Shown: in pieces, positions 9,366 through 19,196 of the stretch | Position numbering within the stretch: position 1 is the stretch's first letter | Layout: each line of letters starts with the position of its first letter | Assembly (NCBI GenBank): GCA_035285865.1 | Contig: JAYKHS010000011.1 | Coordinates: 32,001 to 96,000 of the forward strand | Source of the DNA: Candidatus Sericytochromatia bacterium | GTDB lineage: Bacteria > Cyanobacteriota > Sericytochromatia > S15B-MN24 > VGJW01 | DNA: 64,000 nucleotides | Direction of reading: 5' to 3' | The notes under the pieces: model-generated | The model's database searches: none | What the model was told of the DNA's origin: nothing | What the model saw: only the letters and a program-made list of their open reading frames with translations | Made by a program: the position numbers and the translations under genes

Positions 9366-10319
9366 ATGAAGATTCCGGATGTCGGGCCAAAGACTCATTC
9401 ACGGCCGATCGTGCCTCAGGGAAGGACGGATGCGGAGCCTGCCGCTCTGGTTCGGGACGCGTGGCAGGGCCAGCCCCAGCCCGTTCGGGTCATCACCTTC
9501 AATACGGCCGTGGGCAATTCGCGCATCAAGACACCCCAGCGATCCTTTCCGGACCTGCCCTTCTACCAGGAAGCCCTCGCAGGCAAGCAGGACGCTGCGA
9601 TTCTCTGCCTCCAGGAGGTCGGACCGGAACAGGTGAAGCGCTTGCGGGAGCTGGACAAGGCTGGCAGGCTCCACCTCAGCTATGACAGACTGCGCCCCTG
9701 GCAGGGGAACCTCGTGGTGGTTCCCGAGCGTTACGAAGTTCTTGCCGATCGGTCCAGGACATTCAAGAGCAGCCATGTGCGCGGAGTGCTTGCATCGCTC
9801 TGGGCGACGGTGACGGATGGGTACAAACCCAATGCGCTGCAATGGGCCGAGCCGAGAGGCTATACCGAGTTGCGCCTTCGAGACAGGCAATCGGGGCGCA
9901 CCCTCACGGTCATCAACACGCATCTGTCTCTGGACCCCGAGATGCGTCGCAGACAGGCCGATCATCTCGCCCGTGTGGTCTCTCGAGCCAAGGAGCACGG
10001 TCCTGTCGTTCTGGCCGGGGATCTGAACACGCACACGGCGGATCAGGCCATACAGGGCAGGCAGGGCAAGGCGGATGCAGCCATCCGGGACCGACTGCTT
10101 TCGAGCATGGTCGATGCTGGGCCTGCAAATCCGCCCGGCAAGCGCAAGAACATCGACTGGGTGTTGGTGGACGGCCTTGCGCCCGTGAGCAGTCGCTACT
10201 ATCTGGGCAAGGACCTGTCCCTACCCGGTTCACCTGATGCGGAACGTGTCAGCGACCATTACGCCGAGGACAATCTCCTCGCCTGGCCAGAGACCCGACA
10301 GCCTCAGTCGACGATGTAG
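9366..10319 (+). CDS. Endonuclease/exonuclease/phosphatase (EEP) family protein
   Basis: TFN, LCLQEV, NTHL, LAGDLN, IDWVL and SDH motifs. Confidence 0.88.
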   Translation: MKIPDVGPKTHSRPIVPQGRTDAEPAALVRDAWQGQPQPVRVITFNTAVGNSRIKTPQRSFPDLPFYQEALAGKQDAAILCLQEVGPEQVKRLRELDKAGRLHLSYDRLRPWQGNLVVVPERYEVLADRSRTFKSSHVRGVLASLWATVTDGYKPNALQWAEPRGYTELRLRDRQSGRTLTVINTHLSLDPEMRRRQADHLARVVSRAKEHGPVVLAGDLNTHTADQAIQGRQGKADAAIRDRLLSSMVDAGPANPPGKRKNIDWVLVDGLAPVSSRYYLGKDLSLPGSPDAERVSDHYAEDNLLAWPETRQPQSTM

Positions 10320-11191
10320 CCGAGCCTTCGGAGATGGGCGGCGTCCTTGCGCCAGTTCGGAAGGACCTTGACCCTCAAAGCGAGGTGAACCCGGGTGCCT
10401 GTCTGCTGTTCGATGGCTTGGCGTGCCTGGGTGCCCACGGTCTTGAGGCGCTCGGCGCCTCTGCCGATCACGATGCCCTTCTGGCTCTCGCGTTCCACGT
10501 GGATGGTGGCCTCGATGTGGGTCAGCGCGGGATCGGTCTCATCGAAACGCTCGATGCTCACGGCCACGGCGTGGGGCAATTCATCGGACAGCTGCCTCAT
10601 GAGCTGCTCACGGACCAGTTCACCAGCAAGTTGTCGCAGCGTCTGATCCGTCACGACATCCTCGGGAAAAAGGGCCGGACCTTCAGGCATCAGGCCTACC
10701 AAGGATCGAATGAGCCTGTTCACGCCCGTACCCCGCTGAGCTGACACGGGATGCACGGCGCGAAAGGCACCGAGGGATGCATAGGCCTCCACGAAGCCCG
10801 CCTGCGGATTACTGCGGTCCAGTTTGTTGACCGCGAGCACCAGAGGTCTGCCCGAGGCGACGGCCCGGTCGATGACATGCCTGTCTCCGGGGCCCGGTGC
10901 TTCGGTACCATCGACGACAAGGAGGATGGCATCCACCTCGGTCAGGGCACGCTCTGCCTCGAGCACCAGTTGCTCGCCCAGAGGATGCAGTGGACGATGC
11001 ATGCCTGGGGTGTCCACAAAGATGATCTGGGCGTCCTCACCGTGCCAGACCCCGCGAATGCGATGCCGGGTAGTCTGCGGCCGGTTGGAGACAATGGCGA
11101 CTTTCTGGCCCGACAGGCGGTTGACCAGCGTGCTCTTGCCGACGTTCGGCCGTCCCACCACGGCGATGGTTCCGCAGCGCAAGCGCTTCAT
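10304..11191 (-). CDS. era: GTPase Era
   Basis: GRPNVGKST, PQTTR, DTPG, NKLD, KH domain with SQKGIVIG. Confidence 0.97.
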   Translation of the reverse strand: MKRLRCGTIAVVGRPNVGKSTLVNRLSGQKVAIVSNRPQTTRHRIRGVWHGEDAQIIFVDTPGMHRPLHPLGEQLVLEAERALTEVDAILLVVDGTEAPGPGDRHVIDRAVASGRPLVLAVNKLDRSNPQAGFVEAYASLGAFRAVHPVSAQRGTGVNRLIRSLVGLMPEGPALFPEDVVTDQTLRQLAGELVREQLMRQLSDELPHAVAVSIERFDETDPALTHIEATIHVERESQKGIVIGRGAERLKTVGTQARQAIEQQTGTRVHLALRVKVLPNWRKDAAHLRRLGYIVD

Positions 11192-11592
11192 GGCCTCGGA
11201 GGCAGATCGAACTGCATGGGCAGCAGGTGACCGAGCGAGGTCTCCACGGGGCTGCCATCGGGGCCTTCGAGGATGACAGGCAGATCAGGGGCGAACTCCG
11301 CCATGACCTGCCTGCACGCCCCGCAGGGAGGACAAGGGGCTGCACGCTCCGCAGAAATGGCGATCGCCACGAAAGACCGCATTCCGGCAGCGACGGCCGA
11401 TGCAATGGCCGTACGCTCCGCACAGACCGTAAGCCCGAAAGTCCTGTTCTCCACATTGACCCCGTGGACGACAGAACCATCCGCCACCAGCAGGGCAGCA
11501 CCGACGGCGAACTGGCTGTAGGGGGCGTGGGCGCGACTTCGCACGGCTCGAGCCGCATCCAGGAGGCTGACCGCATCGAACTCGGGATTCAT
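11188..11592 (-). CDS. cdd: Cytidine deaminase (homotetrameric type)
   Basis: [29 protein letters not shown]. Confidence 0.95.
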   Translation of the reverse strand: MNPEFDAVSLLDAARAVRSRAHAPYSQFAVGAALLVADGSVVHGVNVENRTFGLTVCAERTAIASAVAAGMRSFVAIAISAERAAPCPPCGACRQVMAEFAPDLPVILEGPDGSPVETSLGHLLPMQFDLPPRP

Positions 11593-13238
11593 GACCCAAC
11601 CTCTGCGTGTATCTGACGCTCCGCCCTAGCCAGAGCGGCGGCCACGAAGCCCTTGAAGAGCGGATGTGGCCTGCCGGGACGGCTCTGGAACTCGGGATGG
11701 AACTGGCAAGCCACATACCACGGATGCTCGGGCCACTCCACGATCTCGACCAGGCCACGGTCAGGCAGGGTGCCGGAGACAACCAGACCCGCACCCTGCA
11801 ATCGGGCCACGAAATGCGGATTCACCTCGAAGCGATGGCGATGGCGCTCACGGATCAGCTCCTCACCATAGGCGGCCGCCGCCAAAGTGCCCTCTTGCAA
11901 GGCACACGGATAGCTTCCGAGGCGCATCGTGCCGCCCTTGTCCTCGACGCCCTTCTGCTCGGGCAGGATGTCGATGACTGGATATGGTGTCGCCGGGTCG
12001 AACTCCGTCGAATGAGCACCGTCCAATCCGCAGACATCCCGAGCGAAGGCGATGACGGCGACCTGCATGCCCAGACAGAGGCCAAGGTAGGGAATACCGG
12101 CCAAGCGTGCCCGGCGTGCCGCGGCGATCTTGCCCTCGATGCCGCGCGCACCGAATCCCCCGGGCACCAGGACGCCATCAAGGTCAAGCAACCGCTCAAG
12201 CGCCTCCCCGCCCTCCTCGAGTTGCTCAGCAGCAATCCACTGAAGCTCGAGATCGGCATCCAGTGCTGCCGCCGCGTGCTTCAGGGATTCGAGGACAGAC
12301 AGGTAGGCATCCGCCAACTTGATGTACTTGCCCACCAGACCAATCCGGACCTGCCGCGATGCCTTGCGTTCACCCGTCAGGACCTCGGGCCATACCGGTG
12401 CAATGCCGCTTTCCCGCGTCTCGAGACGCAGGCGAGAAACCACCTGATCGGCGAGGCCCTCTCGCTCCAGGAGCTGGGGCACTTCATAGATGCTGCGCGC
12501 ATCCCGGGAATGAATGACCGCTTCCTTGTCGATGTCACAGAACAGCGCCAGCTTTTCCCGCACGCTTCCGGGCAGGTTGCGCTCGGCCCGACACACAAGG
12601 ATGTCGGGCTGGATGCCCAGGCTGCGCAACTCCTTGACGGAATGCTGCGTGGGTTTGGTCTTCATCTCGCCCGCAGCCTTGAGCGTCGGCACCAGCGTGA
12701 CATGAAGGTAGAGGACCTGGTCGCGACCGACGTCCTTGCGGAACTGCCGGATGGCCTCGAGAAACGGCAGACTCTCGATGTCCCCGACCGTTCCCCCGAT
12801 CTCCACGATGGCAATCTCGGCCTTGCGCCCGACCTTGTGAATGCGATCCTTGATCTCGTTGGTGACGTGCGGAATGACCTGAACAGTACCCGACAAGTAA
12901 TCGCCACGCCGCTCCTTGCTGATGACCTCGAGATAGATGCTGCCGGCGGTGGCACTGTTCTCGCGCGAGTGAGGCACATCGACAAAACGCTCGTAGTGTC
13001 CCAGATCCAGATCGGTCTCCGCTCCATCCTCCGTGACGAAGACTTCACCGTGCTGGTAGGGACTCATCGTGCCCGGATCCACATTGATGTAGGGGTCCAG
13101 TTTCAGGATGCGGACACCGAAGCCACGCTGGTTCAGAAGACGACCGAGGCTTGCGGCGACGATGCCTTTGCCGATGCTGGAAACGACTCCGCCGGTGACG
13201 AAGATGTAGCGGGTCGCGCGTTCGTGGCCAGGGCTCAA
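11589..13238 (-). CDS. pyrG: CTP synthase
   Basis: [43 protein letters not shown]. Confidence 0.98.
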   Translation of the reverse strand: MSPGHERATRYIFVTGGVVSSIGKGIVAASLGRLLNQRGFGVRILKLDPYINVDPGTMSPYQHGEVFVTEDGAETDLDLGHYERFVDVPHSRENSATAGSIYLEVISKERRGDYLSGTVQVIPHVTNEIKDRIHKVGRKAEIAIVEIGGTVGDIESLPFLEAIRQFRKDVGRDQVLYLHVTLVPTLKAAGEMKTKPTQHSVKELRSLGIQPDILVCRAERNLPGSVREKLALFCDIDKEAVIHSRDARSIYEVPQLLEREGLADQVVSRLRLETRESGIAPVWPEVLTGERKASRQVRIGLVGKYIKLADAYLSVLESLKHAAAALDADLELQWIAAEQLEEGGEALERLLDLDGVLVPGGFGARGIEGKIAAARRARLAGIPYLGLCLGMQVAVIAFARDVCGLDGAHSTEFDPATPYPVIDILPEQKGVEDKGGTMRLGSYPCALQEGTLAAAAYGEELIRERHRHRFEVNPHFVARLQGAGLVVSGTLPDRGLVEIVEWPEHPWYVACQFHPEFQSRPGRPHPLFKGFVAAALARAERQIHAEVGS

Positions 13239-14584
13239 GGCGCGGCCTCCCGGATGATCTGGACCCGCACCAGACGGCGAGCTTCGACGGCATCGGCGAC
13301 GAGCCGCAGGGTGTCGTAGCGCACCTCTTCCCCGCGAATGGGTGCACGGCCCAGTTGTCCGACGACGAAGCCCCCGATCGTGTCGAAGTCTTCCGTTGGC
13401 AGATCGGCACCGAGCAGGTCGTTGACCTCGTAGATGGGAAGGCGACCATCTACCAGAATCGAACCATCCTCCTGATGCTTGACCGGAAGATCCTCCTCGG
13501 CATCGAACTCGTCCTGGATGTCACCGACGATCTCCTCGAGGATGTCCTCGATGGTCACCAGCCCGGCCGTGCCGCCATACTCATCCATGACAACGGCCAT
13601 ATGGATCTTCATCCGCCGCATGTCCGTCAGGAGATCGTCGACGCGCTTGCTCTCGGGGATGTACGTGGCCGGGCGAACGTAGGCGCTTGGCAGGCTGCGG
13701 GGCCGGTCGGTGCGCGCGAGAAGACTCAGCAGATCCTTGACATACAGGATACCCACGATGTTGTCGCTGGTGTCCCGGTAGACCGGAATCCTGCTGTGAC
13801 CGGAGCTGATGACCATCTGGAGGGCCTCCTCCAGCGTGGCATCCGCCGACAGACAGTTCATGTCGATGCGCGGCACCATGATCTCGCGAACAGTGGTGTC
13901 GCCGAGTTCGAGCACGCCGTGGATCATCTCGTTCTCGTCGGTCTCGATGGTCCCTTCCTCATGGCCCACATCCGCCAGCATCCGGATCTCGTCGTCCGTG
14001 ACGAACGGAGTGGCGGCCTCGGGGCGCAGGCCGAAGAGATTGCGCAGCATGCCGATCAGGGCATTGCTGCAGAACGTGAATCCCTTGACGACGGGGCCCG
14101 AAAACCAGACGCACGCCAGGATCACGCGGCTGACCTTGAGACTCCACGCCTCCGCATAGGAGGCAGCGAAAGTCTTGGGCGTAATCTCGGCAAGCAGCAC
14201 GATGACGAGCGTCATCAGCAAGGAAGCGCCGAGCAGACCGCCCGGTGTCGCCAAGTTCCACGCCTCGAGCCATGTGCTGGACACGACGGTCCACACGGAC
14301 GAGGCGATGATGATGAGAAAGTTTTCGAGCAGCAGAATCGTCCCGAGCAGCCGATCATGCTGTTCACGCAAGCGCTGCAGGGCTACGGCGCGTGCGTCGC
14401 CCTTCTCGGCCAGATTGCGGACACGAATCCTGTTGACGCTCAAGATGGCCGCCTCGGACGAGCTGAAGAAAGCCACCCCCATCAGGCAGACCGTCAACAG
14501 GACGACCGCCGGCAACGGGGGAATCGGGTCCAAGGGGACGGTGGCCTCCATCAACGGAGGCACGAGTGCGCCTGGCAACATCAA
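13235..14584 (-). CDS. CNNM/HlyC-CorC family membrane protein (DUF21-CBS-CorC)
   Basis: [51 protein letters not shown]. Confidence 0.93.
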   Translation of the reverse strand: MMLPGALVPPLMEATVPLDPIPPLPAVVLLTVCLMGVAFFSSSEAAILSVNRIRVRNLAEKGDARAVALQRLREQHDRLLGTILLLENFLIIIASSVWTVVSSTWLEAWNLATPGGLLGASLLMTLVIVLLAEITPKTFAASYAEAWSLKVSRVILACVWFSGPVVKGFTFCSNALIGMLRNLFGLRPEAATPFVTDDEIRMLADVGHEEGTIETDENEMIHGVLELGDTTVREIMVPRIDMNCLSADATLEEALQMVISSGHSRIPVYRDTSDNIVGILYVKDLLSLLARTDRPRSLPSAYVRPATYIPESKRVDDLLTDMRRMKIHMAVVMDEYGGTAGLVTIEDILEEIVGDIQDEFDAEEDLPVKHQEDGSILVDGRLPIYEVNDLLGADLPTEDFDTIGGFVVGQLGRAPIRGEEVRYDTLRLVADAVEARRLVRVQIIREAAP

Positions 14585-14674
14585 GACGAGCAGCCCCCCG
14601 AACAGGAGGGCTCGAGACTATGGTCGGGGTCGGAGGACATCAGACGTCTACAGTGTACCCGATGCAAGACGGCA

Positions 14675-14872
14675 TCAAGCTTTCGGTTGCCCTTCGGCCG
14701 GCGGGTCACCGGGCGGTGCACCCTTGCCCTCGGCATCGTCGAGCCCCTGAACCCCTTTGCGAAACTCGCCCATGGCCTTGCCCAGCCCACGCGCCAACTC
14801 GGGCAGCTTGCGCGGCCCCACGAGCAGAAGGGCGACAGCGCCAATCACGATTGCCGATGTCGTGGACACCAT
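14675..14872 (-). CDS. tatA: Twin-arginine translocase subunit TatA
   Basis: TM helix then GPRKLPELARGLGKAMGEFRKG. Confidence 0.92.
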   Translation of the reverse strand: MVSTTSAIVIGAVALLLVGPRKLPELARGLGKAMGEFRKGVQGLDDAEGKGAPPGDPPAEGQPKA

Positions 14873-14935
14873 GGACTCAGAACCGCCTCTCAGAAGATCC
14901 GGAAGAAATAGTTTAACACGCGCCCCACATGGGGC

Positions 14936-14994
14936 TTGACCTTCCTGCAGGCTTCAACTACTGTTAACTTGTTCTTGGTGTTATCTTCCGTTTT
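14936..14994 (+). promoter_or_regulatory. Promoter region: sigma70-like elements plus 11-bp periodic TT repeats
   Basis: TTGACC(14936-41)-N17-TACTGT(14959-64); TT-pentamers at 14942, 14953, 14964 (TTAAC), 14975 and 14986. Confidence 0.5.
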
Positions 14995-15045
14995 AGATTG
15001 TTTCTTCAGAACCCCTGCACCCGAACCTTGAAAAGGGACTTTGCC

Positions 15046-15753
15046 ATGTCCGTCTTGATGAAGCGCACCTTGCCTGTGCTCGCCTTGGCCGTCGCCGCCG
15101 GCGTCACCGGGTGCGGCACCGTCGGTTCCCCGCTGTCTGCGGCCAAGTCGGCCTCCGTCTCGACGATGACGACACCGCCGGCCATCCCGGCGTGGAAGAA
15201 GGTCCTCGTCGTTCGTGACCTCACGGCCGATGAGGTGGCCTCCGACCTCTCCGGCCTGGTCCGTGTTGCGCACGATCTGGGACGGGCGCAGGGCTCCGGC
15301 CCCCTGCTCGAGTATGCCGTGGACAACCTGACCGCCGACCTCGCCTTCCGCAAGGACGTCACGATCTCGATGTTGTTCACGCCCCCGAAGTCGTTCGCCA
15401 GCGTCCTTGAGGTGATCGTGCGCGACGGGCGCATCGGGGTGTATGACTGGGGCAAGATGAAGAGCCTTCAGTTCATCCAGATGAAGGCCGTGCAGGGTGA
15501 GCCCGTCGGAGGCGTCGCCCTCGACCAGCTCAAGGACGTCCGCGAGTCGTTGACCAAGGCTGGCCTCCGTGCCGGTGCACAGGCCTTCGATTCGACCAGC
15601 GTCTACTTCAACCCGCTGCCCAAGCGCAAGCCTGACATGACCGTCGAGTGGTTCCCTGCTTACGTGGCCGTCAGCTACAAGGGTCATTACGCCCAGGGCA
15701 AGTACGTTCTGAACGCCGGCACGGGCGAGGTCATCTCGGCTCCCAAGCCCTGA
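15046..15753 (+). CDS. Hypothetical lipoprotein
   Basis: MKR + hydrophobic stretch + VTGC lipobox; strong GC3 codon bias; AAGGGA SD. Confidence 0.8.
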   Translation: MSVLMKRTLPVLALAVAAGVTGCGTVGSPLSAAKSASVSTMTTPPAIPAWKKVLVVRDLTADEVASDLSGLVRVAHDLGRAQGSGPLLEYAVDNLTADLAFRKDVTISMLFTPPKSFASVLEVIVRDGRIGVYDWGKMKSLQFIQMKAVQGEPVGGVALDQLKDVRESLTKAGLRAGAQAFDSTSVYFNPLPKRKPDMTVEWFPAYVAVSYKGHYAQGKYVLNAGTGEVISAPKP

Positions 15754-15761
15754 TCTGTCCG

Positions 15762-15810
15762 CCCATGTAGAACCCCCGGTTGCTACAGGCAACCGGGGGT
15801 TCTACATGGG
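15762..15810. terminator. Perfect 22-bp hairpin between convergent genes (bidirectional terminator or REP-like)
   Basis: CCCATGTAGAACCCCCGGTTGC-TACAG-GCAACCGGGGGTTCTACATGGG. Confidence 0.8.
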
Positions 15811-15818
15811 ATAGCGAC

Positions 15819-16211
15819 TCAGAACCGAGGAGTATGCCGGTCGCGAACGAACCGGGCTTCCTGCTCTTCGGCCTCCTGATGCTCGCGAATCTTGGAAAAG
15901 ACGAGGTAGTCGATGAAGTCCTCGATGTCCAGGATCTTGCTGCGGTCCTTCTCCGGATCCAGCTTGTTCATCCGGAAGTACTGATTGCGGAAATAGGTTT
16001 CCGTCAGGCGAATCCGGGTGCCCCAAGGGTCCATGTTGCCGCGGCGCAAATCCTCGCGGAGTTGGGCATACGTACCGGCCCGAGAAGCCCAAAGGGACTC
16101 CATCAGCTCCATCAACTCGCCCGGTTCGACTTCCTCGAGCGGATCTCCGTATCGGCGACGGTATTCCGAGGCCACTTCGGGATTCTCGAACTTCTCGAGT
16201 TCACGGCGCAA
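15819..16211 (-). CDS. Hypothetical protein (charged, helical)
   Basis: 130-aa ORF with protein-like composition; AAAGG SD and TATGAT -10 upstream. Confidence 0.7.
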   Translation of the reverse strand: MRRELEKFENPEVASEYRRRYGDPLEEVEPGELMELMESLWASRAGTYAQLREDLRRGNMDPWGTRIRLTETYFRNQYFRMNKLDPEKDRSKILDIEDFIDYLVFSKIREHQEAEEQEARFVRDRHTPRF

Positions 16212-16317
16212 CGGGCACGACCTTTCAGGAGACTAGGCCGGGGCAACCTGCACGCGACCTCTACAGGGCCATCATAGCTCCCGCCGGCGGTCGCACGCAA
16301 AAGAACGGCATGGTGTA

Positions 16318-16381
16318 GTGACCGAAGCTTTTCCTTAGGTTAGCGGAATGTTTACCGAGTCTCGTCTGCTGCGGCCGATGA
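16318..16381 (+). promoter_or_regulatory. 11-bp periodic box plus sigma28-like -10
   Basis: GTGAC 16318, TTTTC 16329, TTAGC 16340, TTTAC 16351; GCCGATGA at 16374-16381. Confidence 0.55.
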
Positions 16382-16419
16382 ATCGCTTAGCCGTCTTGGT
16401 CAGGAAGAGGAGACCTACC

Positions 16420-17088
16420 ATGTCGCATCTCGCCATCCGCACCCCCAATGGTGTCGCCCCCATCGGGTCGGCCCGCCGCGACCTCTCTGCCATCTTGGCC
16501 GAGGGGGCGATGGCCGCCCGGCCTTCGGTGCCGAGCCGTGACATCGCGGTCCTGCCCCGGCGGGAGCTGGCGATCCGTCCGGAGCCCACCCGCACCGTCG
16601 GCGAGCATCTGCTGAGCAAGTTCACCAGCGGTGCCGGCAAGGTCGGTCGCTTCCTTCACGGCTTGGCCGAACTCACGATCGTTCCCTTCGTCGGCGAACT
16701 GGCTTTCATCAAGGGTCGCCAGGTCGTGAGCTCCTACGATCGGATTCTGGACCTGCCGTACGATTCTGCTGGTCGCTGGAAGGCGGACGCAGCCCGCATC
16801 AAGCGGGAGGAGGCGGCCCGGGCCCGCGAGGCCATCGCGGACCTGCCCATCGTTTCCGGAACGCGTGTCGTCGGCGAGGCGGTCGTCGACGGGACCGTGG
16901 CGGTGGGACGTGCTGCAGCGCGAGGCGTCGAGGCCGTCGGTGACTTCGCGGTCGACGCCACGCTGACAACTGTTCGGGGAGTCCGCGAGGCGGGTCGTCT
17001 CGCCGGTCGCACGGCCCTGGGGGCCATCGGGGATCTCGGCCAGAGCCTTGTCGAGTTCGCTGACGACAACCGCGCCAACTTCCGCTGA
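16420..17088 (+). CDS. Hypothetical Ala/Gly/Val-rich protein without Sec signal
   Basis: GAGGAG SD before ATG 16420; GC3-biased codons; followed by a hairpin. Confidence 0.75.
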   Translation: MSHLAIRTPNGVAPIGSARRDLSAILAEGAMAARPSVPSRDIAVLPRRELAIRPEPTRTVGEHLLSKFTSGAGKVGRFLHGLAELTIVPFVGELAFIKGRQVVSSYDRILDLPYDSAGRWKADAARIKREEAARAREAIADLPIVSGTRVVGEAVVDGTVAVGRAAARGVEAVGDFAVDATLTTVRGVREAGRLAGRTALGAIGDLGQSLVEFADDNRANFR

Positions 17089-17093
17089 CGCTT

Positions 17094-17132
17094 GACAGGA
17101 AGCCCCCGGCCCGCAGCCGGGGGCTTCCTGTC
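17094..17132 (+). terminator. Perfect 17-bp hairpin (terminator-like)
   Basis: GACAGGAAGCCCCCGGC-CCGCA-GCCGGGGGCTTCCTGTC directly after the stop. Confidence 0.75.
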
Positions 17133-17189
17133 GTGCGATGGGGAACCCGGCTTTGCAAACTTGTCGCACGTCAGACAACATGAGCACGC

Positions 17190-17660
17190 ATGGCAGACAG
17201 TTTCTGGGACAGGATGCAGGGATGGCTGGGCAAGCCCGTCCCTGACCAGCCCGTGCGATCCTCTGGCCGTGGTGGCGGGCCATCAGGTCCGGATCGAGCG
17301 AGGCTGGGGCCGCCTCCCCCGCCGGCCATCGAAGAGTTGCAGAAAGAAAGCGAGGAGCGTCGCTACCTGATTTCGGCCTGGGAGTCCTCACCTGACCTCA
17401 TCCCCGAGTTCAGGCAGCCCACGTACATGTACAAGCTCATCACGACGGAGCGGGAGTATGTCCAGGCCCAGTTGCATGCCCTGCAGCAGGCACGCGCGGC
17501 TCTGGCAGCCACGGGCGAGGCCGAGGGCGAGGCGGCGGAAGAGCTGGAGTCCCGGGAGATTGCCCTCCGGATGGACCTGAATCGTCTCTTTGGCCTGATC
17601 AAGAAGGTCACGGGGGTCCAACGGACCGGGACCGGCGGAACCGACTTCATCCCCATGTGA
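17190..17660 (+). CDS. Hypothetical protein (Pro/Gly linker plus helical hairpin)
   Basis: 156-aa ORF with natural composition. Confidence 0.7.
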   Translation: MADSFWDRMQGWLGKPVPDQPVRSSGRGGGPSGPDRARLGPPPPPAIEELQKESEERRYLISAWESSPDLIPEFRQPTYMYKLITTEREYVQAQLHALQQARAALAATGEAEGEAAEELESREIALRMDLNRLFGLIKKVTGVQRTGTGGTDFIPM

Positions 17661-17720
17661 TTCGGCCTAGGCTTGTGCCCGACGTACTGCAGCAGCAGGA
17701 TGGCGTCCGGAGGGCTTGTC

Positions 17721-18350
17721 ATGTCGCGCTGGTCATTTCGGGGTATCGAGGGACAGGGCATCTGCGATCCTGACGGCGAGTGCATCGCACGCATCGGGGA
17801 CGTGCTCTGGGACCCTGTTGAACAGCGGGTCCTGACCTTCAAGGTACAGTGGCTGGATGCCAAGGCTCGGTCCCACGGCCCATCCGAGGATCTGCCCCTG
17901 AGCCAGATCAGACGGGCAGCTGCTTCACCATTCGAGTGCGCGCCACTGCCTCAGGCCACCGCAGGCCTGGATGCCGGGCTCGCCTCGCTTGGTCTGGCCG
18001 AGGGTGGCGCCATACTCGGGGCCAGCCTGACGGACGTCGGCCGCCACCTTCGGGGCCTTGTCGTCGATGTCCACTTTCTCGACGACGATGGCGCGATCGT
18101 GGGCTTCGAACTCGCCGACGGCAGCATCTGGCCCCCGTTGTCTGACTTGGAAAAGGTAGACCCAGGGGGTTGGCGAGGGCGGGGCAAGGACGGCACGGAA
18201 GATCCTGTCCACGGGGATTCCGGGCCGGGGCATCCCCGCGCGCGGCTGGCCGTGAACCCCTCGGAGATTCCGGATGTCGACGACACCACGGCGTCTTGGG
18301 GCACTTGGGGCGAACCCTTGCAGGAACAGACTCCGCCCCGGGTAGAATGA
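17721..18350 (+). CDS. Tandem PRC-barrel-like protein
   Basis: Two units resembling G..V...G..IG.V.DV..D....V..F (ICDPDGECIARIGDVLWD; LTDVGRHLRGLVVDVHF); GGAGG SD. Confidence 0.55.
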   Translation: MSRWSFRGIEGQGICDPDGECIARIGDVLWDPVEQRVLTFKVQWLDAKARSHGPSEDLPLSQIRRAAASPFECAPLPQATAGLDAGLASLGLAEGGAILGASLTDVGRHLRGLVVDVHFLDDDGAIVGFELADGSIWPPLSDLEKVDPGGWRGRGKDGTEDPVHGDSGPGHPRARLAVNPSEIPDVDDTTASWGTWGEPLQEQTPPRVE

Positions 18351-18397
18351 CGCCATCCACTCGGACCCGTGCGGGTCCTCTCACGCCAGGAACCTCC

Positions 18398-19144
18398 ATG
18401 ATCGAACGTCTCAACGCCGCACTCATCTCCCGCCGGTTCGTGAAGGCCATCAGCGGGATCGACTGTTTCGACTCCGCCATGGTGCGGTTTACGGCCGAGG
18501 CAGCCCTTGCCGGGGGTGCGGACGCCATCGATGTGGCCGCCGCCCCGGAGCTCGTTGCCGCTGCACGCGAAGCGGCTCCCGGCCTGACCGTGTTCGCCTC
18601 GTCGGTGGTCCCCGAAGTCCTCGTCGCGTCAGGTGCGGACGTCCTCGAGATCGGCAACTATGATGCGCTCTACCGGGATGGCGTGGCTCCGACCCGGGAG
18701 GAGATCCTCGAGTGGACGCGGCGAACGGTTGCGCTGGCTCGCCCGGGCGTTCCCGTGTGTGTCACGTTGCCGGGCCGGGCGTCGCTCGCCGAGAGCATCG
18801 ACCTTGCGGTGCAATTGCAGGCTGCCGGAGCTTCGCTGTTGCAGGTCGAGGGCATTCTCGACTATCCCGACTCGAGCCTGGCGAGTTCCCTGCGGGCCAT
18901 GGCGGATGCCCTGCAAGTCTTGTCCGCCGTCTCCGGCGTCGTCGAGATTCCCGTGTTCCTTGCGGGTGGAGTCGACCCTCTGAGCGCTCCTCACGCCATC
19001 GCCTCGGGGGCCTGCGGCATCGGGATCGGACGAGCCCTTCGTGCCTCTGGCAGCGTTGAGGCGGGTGCGGAAATGCTGCGCACCCTCCGGCTTTCGATGG
19101 ACCGCGTGGGCAATCCGGGTCGGGGGCTTCGTCTGGGGGCCTGA
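18398..19144 (+). CDS. ycf23: Ycf23 / DUF561 family TIM-barrel protein
   Basis: KAISGIDCFD, GGADAIDVAA, GADVLEIGNYDALY, LQVEG, APHAIASGACGIGIG match the recalled Ycf23 pattern. Confidence 0.85.
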   Translation: MIERLNAALISRRFVKAISGIDCFDSAMVRFTAEAALAGGADAIDVAAAPELVAAAREAAPGLTVFASSVVPEVLVASGADVLEIGNYDALYRDGVAPTREEILEWTRRTVALARPGVPVCVTLPGRASLAESIDLAVQLQAAGASLLQVEGILDYPDSSLASSLRAMADALQVLSAVSGVVEIPVFLAGGVDPLSAPHAIASGACGIGIGRALRASGSVEAGAEMLRTLRLSMDRVGNPGRGLRLGA

Positions 19145-19154
19145 GAAGTCCCGT

Positions 19155-19196
19155 CGGGCCCGGCTGCCGTCTGGCAGTCCGGGCCCGTTTCACTTT
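19155..19196 (+). terminator. Intrinsic terminator
   Basis: CGGGCCCGG-CTGCC-gtct-GGCAG-t-CCGGGCCCG followed by TTTCACTTT. Confidence 0.75.

Noticed and set aside
11607..14911. 570-aa and 518-aa plus-strand ORFs
   Set aside because: Antisense shadows of pyrG and the CNNM gene; expected with high GC3
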